Virus record (IMG/VR): IMGVR_UViG_3300032294_001558 | Length of the DNA stretch: 64,000 nucleotides | Source: a virus | Reading direction: 5' to 3' (one strand) | Part shown: piece by piece, positions 52,590-61,732 of the stretch | Layout: the number at the start of each line of letters is the position of its first letter | Numbering within the stretch: position 1 is the stretch's first letter | Translations under genes and position numbers: made by a program | The notes under the pieces: model-generated | Seen by the model: only the letters and a program-made list of their open reading frames with translations | What the model was told of the DNA's origin: nothing | Databases searched by the model: none

Positions 52590-55217
52590 ATGGACCAGAT
52601 GGAGTTGGAAGCCCTGGCTGCCAACATCAGCCAGTTTTCTCCCGAAGAACAGGCCCAGATCGTAGCGATTATTGAAGAACTAGAGCGTCGTAATAACGCA
52701 AAACTGTGCCAAACTAGTCTTATTGAGTTCTGTAAGCACATGGACCCTACGTATATCGTAGCTCCGCACCATAAAAAACTAGCAGAACTTCTAACTCAGG
52801 TGGCTTTTGGTATCGAAGATCGTATTGCGGTGTCAATTCCGCCGCGGCACGGAAAACTTTGCGCTGATAGCACACCAGTACCAACGCCGTCAGGTTGGAA
52901 GACACATGGTGAGCTTAAAGTGGGGGACTACGTATATGGCCCCGATGGTAAACCCACTAAGATTCTAGCTGTGTCGGAAAAAGGTGTAGCAGACGTGGTT
53001 TTTGCTATGTCTAATGGAGACAAGATCAAGGTTCACCGCAACCACGAATGGACGCTGTATTACAAACCTACTAAGACTTGGCGCACCTACGAGTCTAGTG
53101 AATTCAGCGAGCCTATGAAAGATCCGCGGGGTCAAGGCAGAATACGTGCGTTATGGTCGGGGCAATGCGGCGAAAGAGGCTCTAAAGCGCTATATGCACT
53201 CCCTAAGACGCATGCGCTTGAGTACGAAGAAAAAAATGTACCCCTCGATCCCTACCTGTTAGGCGTATGGCTTGGTGACGGCACTGCTGGTAAGGTATGT
53301 ATCACCATGTCTGCAGAAGACATGGCCGTTGTTGCGCCGTGCTTTGAGCAACACGGGTTTAACGAAACCGCTAGAAGTGTTCACTCTGCATCCGGAATCC
53401 CGACAGTGAGCTTCGCTGCTTCAGAAGAAGCAGGGTACAATAAGATATCTAGACTACGCACTGCTCTAGAAGCTGCCGGCACATACTACGTAAAACGCAT
53501 CCCAAATATGTATAAACTGGGCAGCGTCGAGCAGCGTAAAAAACTATTAGCTGGGCTGATTGACACTGATGGGCACGTAGATAAGGGTACTGGTAGGGTA
53601 CGGATCGTCACTGTGTCTAAGGATCTAGCAAAAGACATCCACGAAGTCGCTACATCATTGGGTTTTCGCCCATACGTTACCGAACAGCAGCCCACACTGT
53701 CTAGTTCTGGCATTCAAGGGAGGCAAGTCGTCTATACGGTAGGGTTCCAACCCAATAGTCCGGTGCCTACCATGCTGGACAGAAAGAAGATCACAGGACC
53801 GTTCAAAGAACCATACTTAGATACTGTTAATAATGTCTACGTTACGGAAGAGAAAGAACTCGGCCACTGCATTCAAGTAGAACGGGAGGACGGACTGTAC
53901 GTTGTTGGGAAGAATTTGACGGTAACGCACAACTCGCACCTAATTAGCACCCTTTTCCCCGCTTGGTTTTTGGGGCGTTTTCCAGACAAAAAGGTTCTAA
54001 TGGTGTCGCATACTGGCGACTTGGCAGTAGATTTTGGCCGGAAGGTGCGAAATATCATCGCAGATCCGCGTTACGCTAGTATTTTTCCGGGGGTTACGCT
54101 GGCTGCCGACTCAAAAAGTGCGGGCAGATGGTCAACCAGTTACGGGGGGGAGTTCTATGCATGCGGAGTAGGCGCAGCTTTGGCTGGGCGGGGGGCCGAC
54201 CTCCTGTTGGTGGACGACCCGCATTCGGAACAGGATCTGTTATCGGGTAATTTTGACGAGCTAGAGAAGGCATATCAGTGGTTTGCGTTTGGTGCCCGTA
54301 CGCGCCTCATGTCAGGGGGGCGGATTGCTGTGGTCCACACCCGATGGCACGAGTCGGATCTGATTGGGCACCTAATTAAGGACGGAGCAAACAACCCCAA
54401 AGCAGACCAGTACAAGATTTTTGAGTTTCCAGCCATAATTACGACCAAAACAACCACTCCTGAAGGTGAAGAGAGGGTGGTTGAAAAGGCGTTGTGGCCT
54501 GAGAAGTTCGATTTAGAGGCCCTTGCACGTACAAAGGCGTCGATGCCAGCGTTCCAGTGGAACGCGCAGTACATGCAGAATCCCACGGGGGAGCAAGGTG
54601 CCATCATCCAGCGCGACTGGTGGCGTTCGTGGAAGAAAGAAGATCCCCCCAAGTGCGAGTACGTTATAATGGCACTCGATGCAGCGGCTGAGAAGACAAA
54701 TCGCGCCGACTACACTGCTATACTGACTTTTGGTGTCTTTTCTGACGACGAACTTACTGACGGAAACCCGCATATCATACTTTTAAACGCCATAAACGTC
54801 CGCGTAGAGTTCCCAGAACTCAAAGATTTGGCGATTCAAGAGTGGAAAGAGTGGGAGCCTGACGCATTTATTGTGGAAAAAAAGTCTAGCGGCATTCCGT
54901 TATACCAAGAACTGCGCCGTATGGGCATCCCAGTGCAAGAGTTCACGCCTAATAGGGGTACTGGGGATAAAATTGCTCGTTTGAACGCCGTTGCTGATAT
55001 TATTCGCTCTGGCATGGTTTGGTACCCAGAAGGTCGCCGTTGGGCTGAAGAAGTGATTGAGCAGTCGGTTGCCTTCCCGTACGGGACGCATGACGATTTA
55101 GTCGATTGTTTGTCGATGGTCCTATCCCGCTACCGTCAAGGTGGGTTCATAACCCTCCCGTCCGACTACCGCGATCCCGAATACCTAAATCGACCCCGCA
55201 GGGCGGCGTATTACTAA
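52590..55217 (+). CDS. terL: terminase large subunit, intein-containing precursor
   Basis: 875 aa. The P-loop PPRHGK is interrupted by the intein. Walker B is LLLVDDPHSE. The C-terminal nuclease half has IMALDAA..., DDLVDC. Confidence 0.85.
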   Translation: MDQMELEALAANISQFSPEEQAQIVAIIEELERRNNAKLCQTSLIEFCKHMDPTYIVAPHHKKLAELLTQVAFGIEDRIAVSIPPRHGKLCADSTPVPTPSGWKTHGELKVGDYVYGPDGKPTKILAVSEKGVADVVFAMSNGDKIKVHRNHEWTLYYKPTKTWRTYESSEFSEPMKDPRGQGRIRALWSGQCGERGSKALYALPKTHALEYEEKNVPLDPYLLGVWLGDGTAGKVCITMSAEDMAVVAPCFEQHGFNETARSVHSASGIPTVSFAASEEAGYNKISRLRTALEAAGTYYVKRIPNMYKLGSVEQRKKLLAGLIDTDGHVDKGTGRVRIVTVSKDLAKDIHEVATSLGFRPYVTEQQPTLSSSGIQGRQVVYTVGFQPNSPVPTMLDRKKITGPFKEPYLDTVNNVYVTEEKELGHCIQVEREDGLYVVGKNLTVTHNSHLISTLFPAWFLGRFPDKKVLMVSHTGDLAVDFGRKVRNIIADPRYASIFPGVTLAADSKSAGRWSTSYGGEFYACGVGAALAGRGADLLLVDDPHSEQDLLSGNFDELEKAYQWFAFGARTRLMSGGRIAVVHTRWHESDLIGHLIKDGANNPKADQYKIFEFPAIITTKTTTPEGEERVVEKALWPEKFDLEALARTKASMPAFQWNAQYMQNPTGEQGAIIQRDWWRSWKKEDPPKCEYVIMALDAAAEKTNRADYTAILTFGVFSDDELTDGNPHIILLNAINVRVEFPELKDLAIQEWKEWEPDAFIVEKKSSGIPLYQELRRMGIPVQEFTPNRGTGDKIARLNAVADIIRSGMVWYPEGRRWAEEVIEQSVAFPYGTHDDLVDCLSMVLSRYRQGGFITLPSDYRDPEYLNRPRRAAYY
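52860..53933 (+). mobile_element. LAGLIDADG-type intein in the terminase P-loop
   Basis: Cys at 52860 (CADSTPVPTPSGW) through ...LTVTHN, followed by the +1 Ser. In-frame LGVWLGDGT and LLAGLIDTDGHV motifs. 358 codons. Confidence 0.75.
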
Positions 55218-55226
55218 GGAAACGCA

Positions 55227-57650
55227 ATGATTGACAAGAATCTGATGCCGCAAGACGCGCTGGCGCTTTCTGATGAACCGGCGATTGAGATCGAGGTTGC
55301 CTTAGAAGAACCTGCGGGTGCAGAAGTCGTGCTTGAAGCCGAAGCAGAAGAACTCCCCGAGGAGTTCAGCGCCAATCTTGCGGAGAGTCTTGGCGCCGAC
55401 GTTCTTGAAGAACTCGCGAGTGAGCTTGTTCAGTTGGTAGATTCCGACATCAACTCTCGCAAAGAATGGGTGGAAATGTATATCGCCGGCCTGGAAGTGC
55501 TGGGGATGAAGTACGAGGAGCGCACCGAGCCCTGGTCCGGTGCTTGCGGGGTGTTCTCCCCCCTGCTGACCGAAGCGGCAGTACGGTTTCAGAGCGAGAT
55601 GATCATCGAGACCTTCCCGGCGCAAGGGCCGGTCAAGACGCAGATCATCGGTGCCATCGACAAATTGAAAGAGGAAGCGGCGGCGCGCGTGCGCGACGAC
55701 ATGAACTACATGCTGACCGAGCGCATGGTGTCATACCGCTCCGAGCATGAGCGGTTGCTGTACTCGCTGGGGCTTGCTGGGTCGGCGTTCAAGAAAATCT
55801 ACCCTGACCCGAACACGGAGCTGCCGGCTGCGCCGTTCGTGCCGGCAGAAGACCTGATCATTCCGTACGGGGCGTCGGACATCTACACCGCCGAGCGGGT
55901 CACGCACATCATGCGTAAGACCAAGAACGACATCAAGCGGCTACAGGCTGCGGGGTTCTACGTAGAGGCCGATCTGGGGGAGCCCACACGCATCTTCTCC
56001 GACATCGAGAAGAAAAAGGCGGAAGAGCAAGGCTACTCGCTCAACGACGATGAGCGGTATCAGTTGCTGGAGGTTCACGTTGATTGGGACTTGAAAGAGG
56101 ACTCCCAGGGGCTTGCGCTGCCCTACGTCGTGACTATCGACCGGAGCACGCAGAAGGTGCTGGCGGTGCGGCGCAACTGGGAGGAGGACGACCCCAAGCG
56201 ACAGAAGCGGCAGCACTTTGTGCAGTACACGTTCGTGCCGGGATTTGGCGCGTATGGCCTTGGGTTCATCCACCTCATCGGTGGCTACGCCCGCGCGGGC
56301 ACGTCGCTCATTCGCCAGCTTGTGGATGCCGGCTCGCTCGCTAACCTGCCCGGGGGACTCAAGACGCGCGGCCTGCGGATCAAGGGGGACGACACTCCCA
56401 TCGCGCCGGGCGAGTTCCGCGACGTTGATGTGCCTTCGGGCAGCGTCCGCGACAACATCATGCCCCTGCCGTACAAGGAGCCCTCCCAGGTGCTCGCAGC
56501 GCTGCTGGAGCGCATCACGGAGGAGGGCAGGCGGCTGGCAGCCATCGCAGACCTCAAGGTCTCCGACATGTCCGCCCAGGCGCCCGTGGGCACCACGCTG
56601 GCCCTGCTGGAGCGCCAGTTGAAGACCATGAGCGCGGTACAGGCCCGCGCGCACGCGAGCCTCCGGATGGAGTTCCGGCTGCTCAAGTCGGTCATTCGTG
56701 ACTTTGCACCGACTGACTACGAATACACGCCCGAGAACGCGACTCCGCGTGCCAAACAGGCTGACTATGACGTAGTAGAGATCATTCCTGTCTCTGATCC
56801 TAACGCGGCAACAATGTCGCAGCGGATCATGCAGTACCAAGCTGCGTTGCAGCTTGCGCAAGGGGCTCCGCAGATTTATGACCTTCCGCAGTTGCATCGA
56901 CAGATGCTGGAGGTGTTGGGGATCAAGAACGCGGCCAAACTCGTCCCGGTCGATGCCGATCAGAAGCCGCGCGATCCGGTAACGGAAAACATGAGTGTGC
57001 TCATGGGCAGGCCCATCAAGGCGTTCGCGTACCAAGACCACCAAGCGCACCTGATGGCGCACCAGTCGTTCATGCAAGACCCCAACATCGCGGCTACGCT
57101 GGGGCAGAACCCACAGGCGCAGCAGATGATGGCCGCGCTGATGGCGCACATTGCCGAGCACACGGCCTTTGCATACCGGGCCCAAGTGGAGATGGCGCTG
57201 GGCGCCCCGCTGCCCCCGCTGGACGACGAGAACGAGTCGCCGCTTGCGCCCGAGGACGAGAAGGCACTGGCACCGCTGATTGCTGCTGCGGCGCAGCAGA
57301 CGATGATCCAGAACCGCGCGGCGATGGCCCAGCAGCAGGCGCAGCAGCAGGCGCAAGACCCCACCTTACAGCTACAGGCCAAGGAACTTGAACTGAAGGA
57401 ACGTGACAGCGACCGTAAGGACCAGGACAGCTTGCGCGACTTCGAGATCGCTAGGGGCAAGCTTGCGCTGGAGGCTGCCAAGATCCAGAAGGACAATCCG
57501 CGGGCCAAGGCCCTTGCGGCGCAACAAGAGATCGTGCTCAAGGGCGCGAGAGCGCGGCAGGAAATGACACACAAAGATCAGATGCACCGGCTTAAGCTAC
57601 AGCAACAGGCGGAGCAGCGTGCGGCGCGTTCGCAGCCTAAGGAGAAGTGA
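55227..57650 (+). CDS. portal protein
   Basis: 807 aa, directly after terL. Acidic N-terminus and a Q/A-rich coiled C-terminus. Assigned by position and size. Confidence 0.65.
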   Translation: MIDKNLMPQDALALSDEPAIEIEVALEEPAGAEVVLEAEAEELPEEFSANLAESLGADVLEELASELVQLVDSDINSRKEWVEMYIAGLEVLGMKYEERTEPWSGACGVFSPLLTEAAVRFQSEMIIETFPAQGPVKTQIIGAIDKLKEEAAARVRDDMNYMLTERMVSYRSEHERLLYSLGLAGSAFKKIYPDPNTELPAAPFVPAEDLIIPYGASDIYTAERVTHIMRKTKNDIKRLQAAGFYVEADLGEPTRIFSDIEKKKAEEQGYSLNDDERYQLLEVHVDWDLKEDSQGLALPYVVTIDRSTQKVLAVRRNWEEDDPKRQKRQHFVQYTFVPGFGAYGLGFIHLIGGYARAGTSLIRQLVDAGSLANLPGGLKTRGLRIKGDDTPIAPGEFRDVDVPSGSVRDNIMPLPYKEPSQVLAALLERITEEGRRLAAIADLKVSDMSAQAPVGTTLALLERQLKTMSAVQARAHASLRMEFRLLKSVIRDFAPTDYEYTPENATPRAKQADYDVVEIIPVSDPNAATMSQRIMQYQAALQLAQGAPQIYDLPQLHRQMLEVLGIKNAAKLVPVDADQKPRDPVTENMSVLMGRPIKAFAYQDHQAHLMAHQSFMQDPNIAATLGQNPQAQQMMAALMAHIAEHTAFAYRAQVEMALGAPLPPLDDENESPLAPEDEKALAPLIAAAAQQTMIQNRAAMAQQQAQQQAQDPTLQLQAKELELKERDSDRKDQDSLRDFEIARGKLALEAAKIQKDNPRAKALAAQQEIVLKGARARQEMTHKDQMHRLKLQQQAEQRAARSQPKEK

Positions 57651-57841
57651 TGGCCGAAGACGCAATGAAGCACACGTTTCGAGAGCTTGAGGAGCGACAA
57701 AATGCTCTTACGCAGGCTCTTATTACAGGTGCGGCAAAAGACTACGCAGAGTATCGACAAATGTGCGGGGAAATCCGGGGTCTTTCATTCGCACATACCC
57801 ATTTCAGCGACCTCGTGCGGAAACTTCAAGATGACGAATAA
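57647..57841 (+). CDS. hypothetical small protein
   Basis: 64 aa. ATGA overlap with the portal gene. Confidence 0.4.
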   Translation: MMAEDAMKHTFRELEERQNALTQALITGAAKDYAEYRQMCGEIRGLSFAHTHFSDLVRKLQDDE

Positions 57842-58232
57842 TTTGCTTCTATCAGACGGAGAGAGCACTACGGTGCTGCCAGATACCGCGGAAGAAAAAG
57901 CGCGGCAGATTCCTGATCCAGCGACGTACCACCTTCTTTGTGTACTACCGAAGGCCGAGGAGGAGTACGAGAGCGGTCTGGTCAAAGCCGGCCAGACTAT
58001 GCACTACGAAGAAGTGCTGAGCCCCGTGCTGTTTGTGATCAAGATGGGCCCAGACGCGTACGCCGACAAAACGCGGTTCCCGCATGGGCCGTCGTGCAAG
58101 GTGGGGGATTTTGTTCTAGTTCGCCCAAATACGGGCACTAGGATCAAGATTCACGGGCAGGAATTTCGTCTGATTAACGACGACTCTGTCGAAGCAGTTG
58201 TTCAAGATCCGCGTGGGATCAAGAGGGCCTGA
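57831..58232 (+). CDS. GroES-like co-chaperonin (tentative)
   Basis: ATG 57831. The pattern ..LLCVLP..EEE.ESGLV......VLFVIKMGP...VKVGDFVLV....G..IKI.G.EF.LI.DDSV.A fits the Cpn10 layout. Confidence 0.45.
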   Translation: MTNNLLLSDGESTTVLPDTAEEKARQIPDPATYHLLCVLPKAEEEYESGLVKAGQTMHYEEVLSPVLFVIKMGPDAYADKTRFPHGPSCKVGDFVLVRPNTGTRIKIHGQEFRLINDDSVEAVVQDPRGIKRA

Positions 58233-58234
58233 AC

Positions 58235-59176
58235 ATGGACAAGTTTCAATTCCCCGATGAAAAGACCAACGACAACACCGAAGATTTTCAGGTAGAGATC
58301 GAAGGAGAAGGGGGGTCTGAGGTTGAGATTGTTGACGACACGCCTGAGGCAGACCGTGGCCGCGCGCCAATGGTTGACCCTCCGAATGAGGTCACTGACG
58401 AAGAGCTAGAAAAGTACACCGAGAGTGTCCGCACGCGCATCAAACACTTCTCCAAGGGCTACCACGAGGAGCGTCGGGCGAAGGAGGCGGCGCAGCGTGA
58501 GAAGGAGGAGGCGATCCGCCTTGCGCAGTCGTTGGTTGAGGAGAACAAGAAGCTCCAAGGCAGCCTCGGGCAGGGCCAGCAAGTCATGCTGGAGCAGGCC
58601 AAGAAGGTGTCTGCCACTGAGGTAGAACAGGCCAAGCAGAAGCTTAAGGCGGCGCATGAGGCGGGCGATACTGACGCGTTTGTTGCTGCGCAGGAAGAAC
58701 TCACGGCGGCCAAGATCCGGGCGGAGCGGTTCAACAACATCAAAACGCTTGCGCCACCTGAAGAAAGTGTGGTACAACCCGAAGCGCAAGGCCGACCGCA
58801 GCCTGCGGCCGTCACCCCCGACCCAGACGCACTTGCGTGGCAAAAGTCAAATTCGTGGTTTGGGACCAACCGTAGGATGACCGCAGTAGCGCTGGAGGTC
58901 CACCAAGAACTTGCGGAATCAGGGGTTCGTGTAGGATCTGAGGAATACTACAAAAGGATCGACAAGGAGATGCGTGAGACTTTTCCTGGTGCTTTTAAAC
59001 CACAGGAAGATAGGTCCGCAAAGAAGCCTAGTGTCGTCGCCCCCGTATCGCGCAGCACAGCGCCTAAAAAGATCGTGCTGACGCAATCGCAAGTCAACAT
59101 TGCTAAGCGGCTGGGACTGACTAACGAGCAGTACGCCCGCGCGGTAGCAGATGAGATGAGGAAGCAAAATGCCTGA
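58235..59176 (+). CDS. scaffolding protein
   Basis: 313 aa. Acidic N-terminus and a long E/K/A/Q coiled-coil. Lies between the portal and capsid genes. Confidence 0.55.
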   Translation: MDKFQFPDEKTNDNTEDFQVEIEGEGGSEVEIVDDTPEADRGRAPMVDPPNEVTDEELEKYTESVRTRIKHFSKGYHEERRAKEAAQREKEEAIRLAQSLVEENKKLQGSLGQGQQVMLEQAKKVSATEVEQAKQKLKAAHEAGDTDAFVAAQEELTAAKIRAERFNNIKTLAPPEESVVQPEAQGRPQPAAVTPDPDALAWQKSNSWFGTNRRMTAVALEVHQELAESGVRVGSEEYYKRIDKEMRETFPGAFKPQEDRSAKKPSVVAPVSRSTAPKKIVLTQSQVNIAKRLGLTNEQYARAVADEMRKQNA

Positions 59177-59630
59177 ACAACCAACCCGAGTCCCGCGAGA
59201 ATTCGACACCCGCGCGAAGACTGAACGGCCCAAGAAGTGGATGCCTCCGCAGATGCTTCCGGACCCCAAGCCTGAGCCCGGATACGCATTCCGCTGGATT
59301 CGCATCAGTACGCTGGGGGCTGGTGATCCGAGCAATGTTTCCGGTAAGTTCCAAGAGGGGTGGGAGCCCGTGAAGGCTTCAGAACACCCCGAAATCCAGC
59401 TTCTGGGCACTAGCTCCAATCGTTTCCCAGACAGCATTGAGATTGGCGGACTGCTTCTCTGCAAGACCCCTGTCGAATTCATGGAACAACGCGACACCTA
59501 CTATCGGCAACAAGCCGAGAACCAGTTGGAAAGCGTTGACAATCACTTCATGCGCCAGAACGATTCCCGCGCGCCGCTCTTCCGAGAGCGTCGTACTGAG
59601 GTTAAGTTCGGGCGCGGTTCTAACTCTTAG
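59169..59630 (+). CDS. head-module protein, function unknown
   Basis: 153-aa ORF overlapping the scaffold stop. Confidence 0.4.
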   Translation: MPEQPTRVPREFDTRAKTERPKKWMPPQMLPDPKPEPGYAFRWIRISTLGAGDPSNVSGKFQEGWEPVKASEHPEIQLLGTSSNRFPDSIEIGGLLLCKTPVEFMEQRDTYYRQQAENQLESVDNHFMRQNDSRAPLFRERRTEVKFGRGSNS

Positions 59631-59639
59631 GAGGCTTAA

Positions 59640-60566
59640 ATGCCGTATCCTATCATTGATGCTCCTTACGGGCTACAGCCGGTGAATTTGCGCGGAGGTA
59701 TTCCGTTTGCAGGTTCTACCCGGATGATCCCGATTGGTCAAGGCTACAACACCGGCATGTTCTATGGTGATGTGGTCGGTATTTCTAACGGTAACACGGT
59801 AATTACTCCGTACAACGCCAATACCCGCTCCGCTGCAACGGCAGGTGATATTGTTGGTGTGTTTCTCGGTGCCGAGTACACGGCTACGAGCGGCCCGCTT
59901 TTCGGTAAGCTTCGCAACGAGTTCTGGCCTGCGGGCACGAACGCCCCCGATGCGGTCGCTTACGTTGTGGATGACCCCAACGCGGTGTTCCGGTCGGTTG
60001 TGGTTGCTCAAAACCAAGGCACGGCTAACACTCAGGCCAATACCAGCACGGTCATTGGCTACATGTCGCCGTCGTTCGTCGGCTCCAACGCGTTCCTCGT
60101 CGCAGGTAACGCTGGTAGCTCTATCAGCGGTAACTCGCTGATGGGCGTCTCTGGCGGCAACCCGACCGTGGCCTCTTCGGTCGCGGGTAATATTCGGCAG
60201 ACTGTCGGTACGGGTGCGGGCACTTCGCCCTGCCTGCGCGTGATTCAGCTTGTTCCGGATACGGCGGTGACGGTCACGACCAACCTGACCTCCTCGCCTG
60301 CTGGTGCCGCGACCTTTACGGTGGCGTCCACTGCCGGGCTTCAGCCGGGTATGCAGTGCATCATCGCTGGTGTGTCTGGTACTACGGCGGGTTCGCCGGG
60401 CTCTAACCTCACGGTTACGGGCGTGGTTCCGGGCACTTCGACCATCACGGTCAGCGCCAACGTCACGGCGGCTAGCGGCACCTCGGTTACTTTCGTGGGC
60501 TACCCGGAAGTCATCGTGGGCTGGAACTTCGGTTTCCACAGCTATCTGTTGGCTGCGGGCGTCTAA
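59640..60566 (+). CDS. capsid-associated (decoration-like) protein
   Basis: 308 aa. GGAGG lies upstream of the ATG. Immediately precedes the major capsid gene. T/S/G/V-rich, Ig-like C-terminus. Confidence 0.45.
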   Translation: MPYPIIDAPYGLQPVNLRGGIPFAGSTRMIPIGQGYNTGMFYGDVVGISNGNTVITPYNANTRSAATAGDIVGVFLGAEYTATSGPLFGKLRNEFWPAGTNAPDAVAYVVDDPNAVFRSVVVAQNQGTANTQANTSTVIGYMSPSFVGSNAFLVAGNAGSSISGNSLMGVSGGNPTVASSVAGNIRQTVGTGAGTSPCLRVIQLVPDTAVTVTTNLTSSPAGAATFTVASTAGLQPGMQCIIAGVSGTTAGSPGSNLTVTGVVPGTSTITVSANVTAASGTSVTFVGYPEVIVGWNFGFHSYLLAAGV

Positions 60567-60578
60567 GGAGCATAAATC

Positions 60579-61490
60579 ATGGCAATTTCTCGTGCCCAAC
60601 TACTCAAGGAACTGCTCCCTGGACTGAACGCGCTGTTCGGCCTGGAGTACAAGCGCTACGGCGAAGAGCACAAGGAAATCTACGAAACCGAGTCTTCGGA
60701 TCGTAGTTTTGAGGAAGAAACCAAGCTTGCTGGTTTCAGTGCCGCCCCGGTGAAGAACGAAGGTCAAGCGCTTGAGTACCAAAATGCTCAAGAGGCGTGG
60801 ACCGCTCGTTACAACCACGAGACCATCGCTATGGGTTTCGCCATCACCGAAGAGGCGATGGAAGACAACCTGTACGACAGTCTCTCCAGCCGGTACACCA
60901 AGGCTCTTGCCCGTGCAATGGCGTACACCAAGCAGGTCAAGGCGGCTTCGATCCTGAATAACGGCTTCTCTAGCGCCACCGTTTACGGCGACGGCCAGCC
61001 GTTGTTTTCGACCGCGCATCCGCTGACCAGCGGGGGTACCAACTCTAACCGGCCGGCTACGGCGGCGGACCTCAACGAGACTTCGCTTGAGGCAGCGGTC
61101 ATTCAGATTGCTGGCTGGACGGATGAGAAGGGCCTGCTGATCGCGGCCAAGCCGCGTAAGCTGATTGTTCCGCCTGCGCTGATGTTCGTGGCTACCCGAC
61201 TTCTGGAGACCTCTCTGCGGGTCGGTACCACGGACAACGACATCAACGCGCTGAAGAACAACGGCTCCATCCCCGAAGGGTACACGGTCAACCACTTCCT
61301 GACCGACACCAACGCCTGGTTCCTAAAAACCGACGTGCCAAACGGCATGAAGCACTTCGTTCGCGTGTCGATGTCTACTGGTATGGACCAAGATTTCGAC
61401 ACTGGGAATAACCGCTACAAGGCGCGTGAGAGGTATTCATTCGGCGTCAGTGATCCTCTCGGGGTCTTCGGCTCGCCCGGTTCGAGCTGA
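60579..61490 (+). CDS. major capsid protein (HK97-fold, Mu gpT-like size class)
   Basis: 303 aa. AAGGAG lies upstream of the ATG. Position, length and composition fit. Followed by strong terminators. Confidence 0.65.
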   Translation: MAISRAQLLKELLPGLNALFGLEYKRYGEEHKEIYETESSDRSFEEETKLAGFSAAPVKNEGQALEYQNAQEAWTARYNHETIAMGFAITEEAMEDNLYDSLSSRYTKALARAMAYTKQVKAASILNNGFSSATVYGDGQPLFSTAHPLTSGGTNSNRPATAADLNETSLEAAVIQIAGWTDEKGLLIAAKPRKLIVPPALMFVATRLLETSLRVGTTDNDINALKNNGSIPEGYTVNHFLTDTNAWFLKTDVPNGMKHFVRVSMSTGMDQDFDTGNNRYKARERYSFGVSDPLGVFGSPGSS

Positions 61491-61528
61491 GCAAAACCCA
61501 GCAAAATCACGCACTTAGCTCGGTCTAA

Positions 61529-61554
61529 GGGGCCCTTCGGGGCCCTTTTTCTTT
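61529..61554 (+). terminator. intrinsic terminator after the capsid gene
   Basis: GGGCCC-TTCG-GGGCCC followed by TTTTTCTTT. Confidence 0.7.
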
Positions 61555-61559
61555 GCCTG

Positions 61560-61588
61560 TTGACTTTGAGAGGTACCGCTGGTACATT
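61560..61588 (+). promoter_or_regulatory. sigma70-like promoter
   Basis: TTGACT, a 17-nt spacer, then TACATT. Confidence 0.45.
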
Positions 61589-61594
61589 ACGGCA

Positions 61595-61682
61595 TCAGCC
61601 CTTGTAACGGAGGGCCCGGTTCGTCCTGATCTTATACGGGAATACCCGTATAAAAGGGCCCTTTGGGGCCCTTTTTCTTTTT
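61595..61682 (+). ncRNA. candidate ~90-nt small RNA between a promoter and a terminator
   Basis: No ORF. Stems ATCAG..CTGAT (61593-61630) and TTATACGGG-aata-CCCGTATAA (61632..61653), then the terminator hairpin 61656..61671 plus a U-run. Confidence 0.3.
61656..61682 (+). terminator. second intrinsic terminator (near-duplicate of the first)
   Basis: GGGCCC-TTTG-GGGCCC followed by TTTTTCTTTTT. Confidence 0.65.
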
Positions 61683-61686
61683 GGGC

Positions 61687-61715
61687 TTGACCTGCGCCAC
61701 GGCAGCGGCTAGTAT
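61687..61715 (+). promoter_or_regulatory. sigma70-like promoter for the homing-endonuclease gene
   Basis: TTGACC, a 17-nt spacer, then TAGTAT. Confidence 0.45.
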
Positions 61716-61732
61716 GCAAATCTTAGAGATTA

